This document shows positions 11,269 to 21,102 of a DNA stretch of 35,353 bases, one piece after another; position 1 is the stretch's first letter, and each line of letters begins with the position of its first letter. Below the pieces are notes generated by a model. That model searched no databases, had not been told where the DNA came from, and was given only the letters and a program-made list of their open reading frames with translations. The DNA lies in assembly GCF_001194135.2 (NCBI RefSeq), contig NC_068985.1:3610063-3645415 (forward strand). Direction: 5' to 3'. Source of the stretch: Octopus bimaculoides (taxonomy: Eukaryota). The position numbers were made by a program, and so were the translations under genes.

Positions 11269-11356
11269 CCCGTTTTGGGCCTTTTTATTGATGCGTACTC
11301 GTAGCCAGCCAATCGTATCCTCAGACGAAGATACGACGATTCGTTGTCTCTGGTAT
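11269..11356 (-). repeat. Right arm of inverted pair with 8948-9036
   Basis: Reverse complement matches 8948-9036; the outer end reads CTCTGG|TA. Confidence 0.9.
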
Positions 11357-11779
11357 TCGGTAATGTTACTATCATCAACAGTGTTTATACATAAAGTTTG
11401 ATACGTAGATTACTATTTCAAACGAATACTGTTTCAATAGCGTATATCAGATGCTTTATTAACGGAGTGGTTATTTGTCACTTCAATGAATGCTTTATTC
11501 GCTTTTTTTCCAGTATCGGAGACTAAGAATTATTTTCAGATCATGTGAGTGGCTGAAAGTAAGCGACAAATGCCACTGGTATTCTCGATCGTTGTTGTTG
11601 GGACGAGTTTTCGTCTTTCCTTGATGTTTAATGTATTTTTAAGACAGAAATTCAATAAAAGATGTTATCTCAGAACAAATACTGTAATAACTGGCCTATC
11701 GACAGTGTATATACATTAAGTATGATACATAGACAACTATTTTAATTAAACGCTGCCTCGATTGCCCAGAGAGGATACA

Positions 11780-11811
<32 letters not shown>

Positions 11812-12546
11812 ATATATATATATATATATATANNNNNNNNNNNNNNNNNNNNNNNNNNNNNNNNNNNNNNNNNNNNNNNNNNNNNNNNNNNNNNNNNNNN
11901 NNNNNNNNNNNNNNNNNNNNNNNNNNNNNNNNNNNNNNNNNNNNNNNNNNNNNNNNNNNNNNNNNNNNNNNNNNNNNNNNNNNNNNNNNNNNNNNNNNNN
12001 NNNNNNNNNNNNNNNNNNNNNNNNNNNNNNNNNNNNNNNNNNNNNNNNNNNNNNNNNNNNNNNNNNNNNNNNNNNNNNNNNNNNNNNNNNNNNNNNNNNN
12101 NNNNNNNNNNNNNNNNNNNNNNNNNNNNNNNNNNNNNNNNNNNNNNNNNNNNNNNNNNNNNNNNNNNNNNNNNNNNNNNNNNNNNNNNNNNNNNNNNNNN
12201 NNNNNNNNNNNNNNNNNNNNNNNNNNNNNNNNNNNNNNNNNNNNNNNNNNNNNNNNNNNNNNNNNNNNNNNNNNNNNNNNNNNNNNNNNNNNNNNNNNNN
12301 NNNNNNNNNNNNNNNNNNNNNNNNNNNNNNNNNNNNNNNNNNNNNNNNNNNNNNNNNNNNNNNNNNNNNNNNNNNNNNNNNNNNNNNNNNNNNNNNNNNN
12401 NNNNNNNNNNNNNNNNNNNNNNNNNNNNNNNNNNNNNNNNNNNNNNNNNNNNNNNNNNNNNNNNNNNNNNNNNNNNNNNNNNNNNNNNNNNNNNNNNNNN
12501 NNNNNNNNNNNNNNNNNNNNNNNNNNNNNNNNNNNNNNNNNNNNNN

Positions 12547-12670
12547 GCCCTTCATCTTTTCGGGGGCGATAAAATAAGTACCAGTTGAATACTGGTGTCG
12601 GTGTAAATGACTTACCCCGCCTCCCCCAAAATTGCTACTCTTGCGGCAAAATTTGAAATCATCATCATAA
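12547..12670 (+). mobile_element. 3' half of SINE (GCTGGCAGAATCG family)
   Basis: CCTTCATCTTTTCGGGGGCGATAAAATAAGTACCAGTTGAATACTGG central module plus CCCCCAAAATTGCT tail. Confidence 0.82.
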
Positions 12671-13240
12671 GGCAATTACCTACAAGGGAACATCGAGCGG
12701 ACGATCCACAAGTTGATAAGATAGTTACAAGATCTTTTAGCGATCAGCAAAGTTTATTTTTCTCGCTTCTATTCAAATTATTCTCCCACCACCATTTTTT
12801 TATGTATTTAGTATCATTGTTATTTGTGTTTCGTGTTAATGTTAAAAGCTGCAGTAGAAAACTTGTGACAGGTTTTGTTATTCTTGTTGCTTGTGGAATT
12901 AGGAAATCCTGCGACAGGGAACGGTTTCGTGTTCTGTGGAAGCACGGTATGTATCGGCGCATAGGCCCAGCTGAATATTTTTCAACCACAAACGTTGGTT
13001 TTTTTAATATTACTTGCATATAAACCGAGGGCATTGTATAGCGATGGCCGATCGATCTCAAGTAATATTTAAGAGCCTCAACAGAATCTTCGCAAATCAT
13101 GAATTTACTGTGAGGTGGATCTTGGAAACCATGGCGAATCTCAGAGAATTTAGATGACGTGATGTGACAAACCTTGCATGTAAAACCCAAATGTGGAACG
13201 CTAGAGTGTTGTACAGAACACATATTAAGGTTATTATTAA

Positions 13241-13471
13241 GGTGGTGATATGGCAGAATCGTTAGCACGCCGGATAAAATGCTTAGCGACATTTCGTCTG
13301 TCTTGACGTTCGGAGTTCAAATGCCGCCGTGGTCGACTTTGCATTTCATCTTTTCCGGGTCGATAAAATTAGTACCAGTTGAATACTGAGGGTGACTGTA
13401 TCCGACTGAGCCATTACCTCGAAATTGCTGCCCCTGTGTCACAATTTTAGACCAATATTAATATTATTATT
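13241..13471 (+). mobile_element. SINE (GCTGGCAGAATCG family), first of a tandem pair
   Basis: Head, B box, central module and (ATT)n tail. Confidence 0.87.
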
Positions 13472-13705
13472 GGCGGCGAGCTGGCAGAGTCGTTAGCACG
13501 TCGGGCGAAATGCTCAGCGGTATTTCGTCTGCCGCTACGTTCTGAGTTCAAATTCCGCCGAGGTCGACTTTGCCTTTTATCCTTTCGGGGTCGATTAAAT
13601 GAGTACCTGTTACGCACTGGGGTCGATTTGATCGACTTAATCCCTCTGTCTATCCTTGTTTGTCCACTCTGTGTTTAACTCCATGTGGGCAATAAAGAGA
13701 TATTA
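13472..13705 (+). mobile_element. SINE (GCTGGCAGAATCG family) with alternative 3' tail, second of the tandem pair
   Basis: GGCGGCGAGCTGGCAGAGTCGTTAGCACG head; tail TCCCTCTGTCTATCCTTGTTTGTCC...GGGCAATAAAGAG. Confidence 0.9.
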
Positions 13706-14062
13706 ATGTTATTATTAAATTATGAATTGAATAAATAAAAATAAACACATTTGCTTGATTTCTTAAATCTAAACAAAAAATTAGAACAAATAATTGCTTT
13801 TTGTTTTAGTAGTGAATCCTAATGAGAGTTAAACCGATGACTTAGTAGCTAGGACTAATAACAGTGAGGAGGATGAGTTTGAATCGCTGAATACATCATC
13901 GATGGATCCAAACTAAAGACTGTAAATAAATTGTACCTCGTAATTTTAGTGATCATGTCATGGCTTATCTTGAAATCAATAGAAAAACCAGACGATAGAT
14001 CAATTTTGACTGCTTACCTGACTCGTACATACATACATACATACATACATACATACATACAC

Positions 14063-14104
14063 TACAAGTTCAGATTCATACCCGTGATTCTTGGGGCATT
14101 GGGA
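14063..14104 (+). mobile_element. 5'-truncated REL non-LTR element copy A (continues into gap), preceded by (TACA)n
   Basis: Encodes YKFRFIPVILGALG, homologous to YKFRYIPVINGALG in copy B; directly follows CATA repeats at 14026-14062. Confidence 0.8.
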
Positions 14105-14657
14105 NNNNNNNNNNNNNNNNNNNNNNNNNNNNNNNNNNNNNNNNNNNNNNNNNNNNNNNNNNNNNNNNNNNNNNNNNNNNNNNNNNNNNNNNNNNNNNNN
14201 NNNNNNNNNNNNNNNNNNNNNNNNNNNNNNNNNNNNNNNNNNNNNNNNNNNNNNNNNNNNNNNNNNNNNNNNNNNNNNNNNNNNNNNNNNNNNNNNNNNN
14301 NNNNNNNNNNNNNNNNNNNNNNNNNNNNNNNNNNNNNNNNNNNNNNNNNNNNNNNNNNNNNNNNNNNNNNNNNNNNNNNNNNNNNNNNNNNNNNNNNNNN
14401 NNNNNNNNNNNNNNNNNNNNNNNNNNNNNNNNNNNNNNNNNNNNNNNNNNNNNNNNNNNNNNNNNNNNNNNNNNNNNNNNNNNNNNNNNNNNNNNNNNNN
14501 NNNNNNNNNNNNNNNNNNNNNNNNNNNNNNNNNNNNNNNNNNNNNNNNNNNNNNNNNNNNNNNNNNNNNNNNNNNNNNNNNNNNNNNNNNNNNNNNNNNN
14601 NNNNNNNNNNNACATACATACATACATACATACATACATACATACATACATACATAC

Positions 14658-15320
14658 AAAGGAGTACTGGTGGAATGTCCCAGTGAAGATCTCAATAAAA
14701 TGTAAACACAACAGACCTGATATAATGATTTGGGACAGAGAAGAGAAACAGTCTACGGTTGTGGAAATTTGCTGCCCAGCGGATGTTAACATGAAGCTGA
14801 AGATCAGTGAAAAAGAGAACGTCTATGCTGAACTGTTGGGAAATCTGTAGTTACTCTATCCAGATTACAAATTCAGGTATATACCTGTAATTAATGGAGC
14901 CCTGGGATTTGTAACACACTGCCTAAATACCAATCTTGAGAAATTAGGTTTCTCAAAACCAGAAAGGAGAAAACTAATTCGAAGACTACAGATCCAATCC
15001 ATCACTAGAACTGTAAAAATCTGTAAAACTTTCCAGAAGTTTATCATTTAAATATATATGAGCATGTTTAGATATGCAACTATATGCATGAGAATACATA
15101 TATAAAACATACAAATCTGCACATGCATGCATACATACATACATACATACATACATACATACATACATACATACATACATACATGCATGCATATATACAT
15201 ACATACACACAAAAATATCCTGTTGGTGATGTTGAAATTCCAATAAAGGAGCCTTGGATATAGGTTAGAAACTGACCCTTTCTCTATTAGGAAGAAATCT
15301 TGAAATAAACTGAATAATGA
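14658..15320 (+). mobile_element. 3' end of non-LTR retrotransposon with restriction-like endonuclease (R4/Dong-like), copy B
   Basis: KEYWWNVPVKISIKCKHNRPDIMIWDREEKQSTVVEICCPADVNMKLKISEKENVYAELLGNL*LLYPDYKFRYIPVINGALG...KFII* carries the RPD...E...K-type motif. 3' UTR ends AATAATGA|CATACATA; CATA repeats on both sides. Confidence 0.9.
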
Positions 15321-15339
15321 CATACATACATACACACAA

Positions 15340-15606
15340 AATTGCAAAAGAGCTGTTAATAGTTTCATGCTTTAAGATACATTAAATTAGAAAATTTATA
15401 CATTCTATGTATTTCCAAGAAACCATTCAGACTCAGTTAATAACGTTTTTCTCGTATTTTCTCATAGGCCAGTATTCTTGTTTTTAAATACATCTAATGT
15501 TATGAACTAAACCCGAAAGATTTCTTAGAAATACATAGAATGTTATATAAATCTGCTAATTTAATGTATCTTAAAGCATGAAACTATTGGTAGCTCCTTT
15601 GTAATT
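15340..15606. mobile_element. MITE-like element with ~85-bp imperfect terminal inverted repeats
   Basis: AATAGTTTCATGCTTTAAGATACATTAAATTAG...CATTCTATGTATTTC is mirrored by GAAATACATAGAATG...CTAATTTAATGTATCTTAAAGCATGAAACTATT. Confidence 0.82.
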
Positions 15607-15937
15607 GTTTATATTAAATTACATTAATCTCCCACTGGATGGAGTAATTTTTTGCTGATTCTACCTATAATGGACCTATAAACGGTATATATGTATATCT
15701 ATATACCTATACCAGGGTGTGTGTGTGTGTACGCATGCGCGCGTGTGTGTGTACGTACGCAGATGTCGAACAATGACAATGGGTACTCAACACCGCATTG
15801 GTGGATGAAAATTCTTTGTGTTTTAAGGCTACCATTAGATTCATTTTAAGAAAATATCTTTAGAAATTTCAAGCCGATCACATGGAGAAATTATATTTTC
15901 TTAACATGAAACCAATGCTAGCCTTAATACACAAATA

Positions 15938-15977
<40 letters not shown>

Positions 15978-16543
15978 TAACTTGTGCATGTGTATTGTCT
16001 TTAAAATGTAAAATAAAAACAATAAATTTTAAAATAATTTTGACTTAAAAAAACCCATTAAAATGTGTGTTTCTGCGATCTGCGATCTTCTGGACAGTGG
16101 CATCATAGTCGCTCCAATTCATTGATTGCTGGCTTTCTAATATAAATCGTTTAAAGAAATCTTTAAAAATTCTCGAGAACAATTCCTGCTTGACCGGCAA
16201 ATAAGCCGAAGTAACTTTCTCAACGTTGAAATCTAGAACCAAAATTTCGGCTTTTATGCCGGCATATTCTGTACTTTTAATGCATGGGTTAGTATCAGTA
16301 TAGTATACCTCTTAAGGGTCTATGAAACAAACGCCCGTATCTGTGTGATTGTGTGAATTGTTTGTCCACTATTTTAAGGGATATCCTTCCCATACAAGTT
16401 TTGACGTTCAGTGAGAAGGGTGACACAAACCAAATGACTTTACGGTGGCATTTCCTTCGCAGGTGTTAGGGCTCAGCATATAGGAAATACGGTCCTTAAA
16501 TCCACTGGACATCGAAAATTTACATGTACGACAAGATTATTTT

Positions 16544-16684
16544 AGTTTCGACCTACCAAATACATTCACAAGGCTTTGGTTGGCCCGGGGCAATAGTAGA
16601 AGACACTCTCCCGGGGTGCCACGCAGTGGGACTGAACTCTGAACCATTTGGTTGGGAAGCAAACTTCTTACCACACAACCATAT
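16544..16684 (-). mobile_element. 5' part of SINE (family of 5577-5950)
   Basis: Reverse complement aligns with 5585-5735. Confidence 0.85.
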
Positions 16685-16774
16685 AGAGAATTCTTTGACA
16701 TGTGTAATTTCGTCATATTAAGTCGTTGTCTTTTTTTCTCTGCTCTTTCAGATTCTTTATTTTTCCCAACAGCG

Positions 16775-16863
16775 ATGGCCATACTTTACTATCTTCTCAC
16801 TTTGCTTCTTGTGCTTCCTTATAACTGGGCTTGGTATGATCCGCAACTGAGCGAATTAAACAG
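16775..16863 (+). CDS. Calcitonin-type neuropeptide precursor, coding exon 1 (signal peptide)
   Basis: Acceptor TTTTCCCAACAG at 16772, ATG at 16775, MAILYYLLTLLLVLPYNWA-WYDPQLSELN, donor AG|GTAAAT (phase 2). Confidence 0.85.
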
Positions 16864-17044
16864 GTAAATACCTTTCTGTTTTTTTTATGTCTTTTTTTTT
16901 TTCAATGTTCATAGGGTTGCATTAAAATGAACTCTCGAAGATATAGATACGCGCACACACACACACAAACACACACACACATTATTAATGCCATGTCTAT
17001 TTCTAAATCACGTGATCGACCAGAGTATAGGACGTTGTTATACA

Positions 17045-17195
17045 TCGCTGGTCACAATGCGCTTTGCATCATTTCAGCTTTCGCATGATGCCATCCCGCA
17101 TCATTCGAAACACAACGCGTCGCTTGGTCTGGGAAGCGAACCCACGATTACTAGATTGCTAGTGCAAAACACTAACCACTAGGCCACGCGCCCTC
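17045..17195 (-). mobile_element. SINE head (family of 4331-4576)
   Basis: ACACAACGCGTCGC...ACTAACCACTAGGCCACGCGCC matches 4490-4576. Confidence 0.75.
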
Positions 17196-17336
17196 TCCCA
17201 TTTAAATTCATATTTCAAAATATATTCAATACACGAAGATTAGGCATGAAATCACACTCACGTATAAGAGAACACGGTGTGCGCAAACTAGAAGCAACAC
17301 CCACACTTAATGAATGTAAGCTTACAAGGCATGATA

Positions 17337-17420
17337 CATACACATCACACATATTAGTCATACACATCAAACATATTAGCCATACACATCAGACATATTA
17401 GTCATACACATCAAACATAC
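17337..17420. repeat. 22-bp minisatellite, about 3.8 copies
   Basis: Unit CATACACATCA(C/A/G)ACATATTAG(T/C). Confidence 0.92.
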
Positions 17421-17770
17421 ATGACGGGGTCGGATGAAAAAGTATCCGGGTCGATGCTATAAAAAGAAAACTACACACACATGAGCCCGGCATTTAATCC
17501 CTTTCGAAGTAGTCCCCTTCCTGCGCCGTTTCCATTGATGGAAGCATTCCTGGAACTCCTTTTAAGGGACAACGAGCAGCTGCCTCAGTGCACACTTGTA
17601 TTTCTTCGATGTCTTGAAATCTTGCTGGGGTCTTCCACTGAAAAAAAAACTGAGCCTTGGCTTCGGGATCATAGCTACAGACCCACGATTCGTCACTTGT
17701 TATGACCGTTTTCAAAATGTTTTCGTCTTCTTCGACACAATCAAGGAGATCCTGCGCGGCTAAACCTCTA
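17419..17770 (-). mobile_element. Internally deleted mariner fossil with 3' TIR remnant
   Basis: QDLLDCVEEDENILKTVITSDESWVCSYDPEAKAQ..QWKTP is joined directly to RFQDIEEIQ...GDYFERD; a TIR-like GACGGGGTCGGATGAAAAAGTATCCGG lies at the left end. Confidence 0.88.
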
Positions 17771-18814
17771 TCGTATTTTTGAGACGACCACACTCTACAC
17801 ACTTTACTTCAAAGCACTTCTATAAACAACGGGCGTGGACGTGAACGTTATAACTTAACGATCAGATAAATGGTGATCAGATGATTATTAGTGTCGATCG
17901 AATAGGGAATTTACAAAAAAAAAAATTAAAAAATAAAGAAAAAAACTATTTTCTAAGTCTGGAAAAAATATATAGACACCAATCGCTAATTTGGTTTATT
18001 TGTTATATTTGTGAAAACAGTTATGAATAACAATGTATTGAAGGCGCTCGTGCTTTAGGATGAATTTCTAAATTTAGGATGAATTTCTAGATTTTTAATA
18101 ATCGGCGACGCACATGAATGTCTTTTTCGGTACCGAGTTCAAAGAACGCTGCTCTTCTCTCTTACAAAATGAGAACAAATTTGATTATGTTATTGTATTT
18201 CTATGGGATCATTGGCCAACCCGAACAAAGCTGACCTCCGTATAAATAACAATTCATTTACAAAAACTCCAAAATGCAATCAATGAAATCCACGCACATT
18301 GACAATGACATACGCATAAGCCTATAAACACAGACACACACACACACACACACACACAAACACTGATACAAACACACACGCACTTATATACACACACATA
18401 TACGCATACACACACACACACACACAAACACTAATAGAAACACAAACACACGCGCACACACACGCACACAAACATACAAACGCACTCACACAGAAATAAC
18501 CCCCCACACACACACACACATACACATGAAAACGTTGGTCCACGTAATGTTGTTGATATTCAAGCTTCAGGATGTCCCCAGCGCGTATCTACGACTTAAG
18601 AATATGAAGAAAAGATTTTCCTATAAAAAGACTGGCTTCATTTTTTACCATTTTGAAGTTTCTTTCTTGTCTTAATATCAATCTTCCGTAGAGTTGTGTG
18701 GGATCCGAAGGTAAGGTTTGTAGCCAAGTAAGTGGTGAGTGGCGGCGTACAAAAATGTTTTAAAACCTACTTCGCTAAGTATAGGATTAACTTAAGATTC
18801 GGCTGCTGTTTTTC

Positions 18815-19222
18815 AAATATTGGTTTCAAATTTTGGCACAAAGCCAGCAATTTCGGGAGAGGTGGTAAGACGGTCCCATTGCTCACTTGGTGCTTATTTT
18901 ATCGATCCCGATAGGGATGAAAAGCAAAGAAAACTTCGGCGGAATTTGAACTCAGAATAGAAGATGGACAAAATGCCGCTAAGATTTTGTCCGGCATGCT
19001 AACGATTCTTTTCTACTCTAGGCACAAGGCCCGAAATTTTGGGGGAGGGAGCCAGTCGATTAGATCGAATCCAGGACGCAACTGGCACTTAATTTATCGA
19101 CCCCGAAAGGGATGAAAGGCAAAGTCTACCACGGCAGAATTTGAACTCAGAATGTAACGACAGACGAATTACCGCTACGCATTTCGCCCGACGTGCTAAC
19201 GTTTCTGCTCGCTCGCTGCCTT
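18815..19222 (-). mobile_element. Two tandem SINEs (GCTGGCAGAATCG family)
   Basis: Two consecutive head-core-tail units; junction near 19009. Confidence 0.87.
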
Positions 19223-19678
19223 AAGGCTGTTTATCAAAAGCTAACAGGGAGTAATTCCATAGTGTTTCAATGAAGGACCTAATCCAATAATATAAAATTC
19301 CATATTCGTCATTTTAGCCTTAAGCTATTTATTATCCTGCAATACACTCGCACTGACTAGTTCACCTTACCAATGTGTCTCAAAGTTTATCTCACACCGC
19401 TGTGTGGAAACAAGCTGCGGTAGTTAAGAATCTAGTTGTTAAACATAGCTAAACAGTTTATCGATCTAGGATATGTTAGTGGTTATAACCTGTGTGAACT
19501 GGTATCCAATAGCAACTTGACCGACGTATTACGTTTAGATTACCATCTGACAACCGTTACTGTTAGTGAAACTGTCAATGTAGTATATCGGTTTTAGTTT
19601 GGATTATTGTCAGCATTCTTCCCTTCAGTTGTATGATGTTTCAACATAATGGAATGCTATGATGATCATACTTAATTT

Positions 19679-19865
19679 GGCACTCCGTCGGTTACAATGA
19701 CGCGGGTTGAAGTTGATCCGACCTGCGGAATAGCCTGCTGGTGAAATTAACATTCAAGTGGCTGAGCCCTCTGCACACACGCGTACGCTTAAAGTAGTTC
19801 TCAAGGAGAGTCAACATGACTCAGAAGATGACAAAGCTGGCCCTTTGAATGACAGGTACGACTCA
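19679..19865 (-). mobile_element. 3' module of the 1731-2111 SINE family
   Basis: TGGCACTCCGTCGGTTAC...GTGAAATTAAC...GCTGGCCCTTTGAA is the reverse complement of 1900-2111. Confidence 0.85.
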
Positions 19866-20092
19866 TCTGACCGAAATGAGTTGTACGTCTATTCATAGCT
19901 ATTCACTGGGGCATTAGGAGAGTCAGCTAAGTTGGTTTGGAAGACTGGGTGACTCAACAGACGTTTATATCTTCGCCTTTTTCGTTCGTTCTTTAAACAA
20001 TGTCTGCATGCATGAAATATACAGTATTAAACCGAAAATATATCACAGGATGAATAACTCTTTTCTCCCTTTTTTTCTCTTGTGGTTTACAG

Positions 20093-20170
20093 TATTCGTG
20101 TCAATCCCAGTGCAAGGGATGTGCCGCTAAACAGGTTTCAAAACAGACTTCAGACTCTTCTAAGACAAGC
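20093..20170 (+). CDS. Calcitonin-type precursor, coding exon 2
   Basis: Long pyrimidine tract plus TTTACAG acceptor; 78 nt, phase 2-2, (S)IRVNPSARDVPLNRFQNRLQTLLRQ(A); donor GC|GTGAGT. Confidence 0.83.
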
Positions 20171-20221
20171 GTGAGTATAATCTGCCACAACGGTTTGTTT
20201 CATGACCTTTACTTTTAATCT

Positions 20222-20430
20222 TTTATCTTTTACTTGTTTCAGTCATTGGACTACGACCATGCTGGAGCACAACCTTGAAGAATTTTTAGTCAAATTTATC
20301 GACCCCAGTGCTTTTTTTTAAAAACCTGGTACTTATTTCATCGGCTCCTTTAGCTGAATTGCTAAGTTACGGGAATGTAAACACACCAACACCGGATGTC
20401 AAGTAGTGGTTGGGACAAACACAGACACAA

Positions 20431-20432
<2 letters not shown>
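20222..20432 (-). mobile_element. 3' half of SINE (family of 5577-5950)
   Basis: TTTTACTTGTTTCAGTCATT...CCATGCTGGAGCAC... is the reverse complement of 5765-5940. Confidence 0.85.
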
Positions 20433-20484
<52 letters not shown>

Positions 20485-20495
20485 TTTCTCACACC

Positions 20496-20542
20496 GTCTC
20501 CGATGAAGGATATAAAAAATATCCTGGAAACAGCTGTAAGAC
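20496..20542 (+). ncRNA. Minimal type I hammerhead, variant core, in intron 2 (sense strand)
   Basis: GTCT-CCGATGA-AGGATA(TAAAAAA)TATCCT-GGAAA-CAGCTG-TA-AGAC: helix I GTCT/AGAC, 6-bp helix II, palindromic ACAGCTGT, GUA triplet; U4 is replaced by C. Confidence 0.78.
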
Positions 20543-20645
20543 CTATGTATAAATGTTCTAAANNNNNNNNNNAAAACTTTATATATATGAATGTATGTAT
20601 GTATGTATGTATGTATGTATGTATGTATGTATGTATGTATGTATG

Positions 20646-21102
20646 TCGTTATTCAATTTATTTCAAGATTTCTTGCCAATAGAGAAAGAACCGGTTTCTA
20701 ACCTAGATCCAAGGTTTCTTTACTGGAATTTCAACATCAACAACAGGGTATTTTTGTATGCATGTATGTATGTATGTATATATGTTCTATGTATGTATTC
20801 TCATGTATATACTTGCATGTCTAGACACGCTCATATATATTAAGATAATAAACTTCTGGAAAGTTTTCCAGATCTTTACAGTTCCGCTGATGGATTGGAT
20901 CTGTAGACTTCGAATCAGCTTTCTCCTTTCTGGTTTTGAGAAGCCTAATTTCTCAAGATTGGTATTTATGCAGTGTGAGACATATCCCAGCTCCCCAATA
21001 ATTACAGGTATAAACCTGAACTTATAACCTGGATAGAGTTACTGCAGATTTTTCAATAGTTCAGCATAGGTGTTCTCTTTTTCACTGATCTTCAGTTTTA
21101 TG
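20646..21102 (-). mobile_element. REL non-LTR element copy C, 3' end abutting (TATG)n
   Basis: Reverse complement aligns with 14790-15320 and ends AATAACGA|CATACATA; it carries its own stop (CAG TAA where copy B has TAG TTA). Confidence 0.9.

Noticed and set aside
12744-13292. 182-aa minus-strand ORF with CxxC-like FTCKVCH
   Set aside because: It starts inside a SINE, has no recognisable domain or convincing splice sites, and is plausibly a chance ORF.
17337-17420. Regular repeats resembling a CRISPR array
   Set aside because: They are contiguous tandem units with no unique spacers, in a eukaryotic context.
18056-18095. 20-bp tandem duplication TAGGATGAATTTCTA(A/G)ATTT
   Set aside because: Ordinary local slippage with nothing further to support a function.
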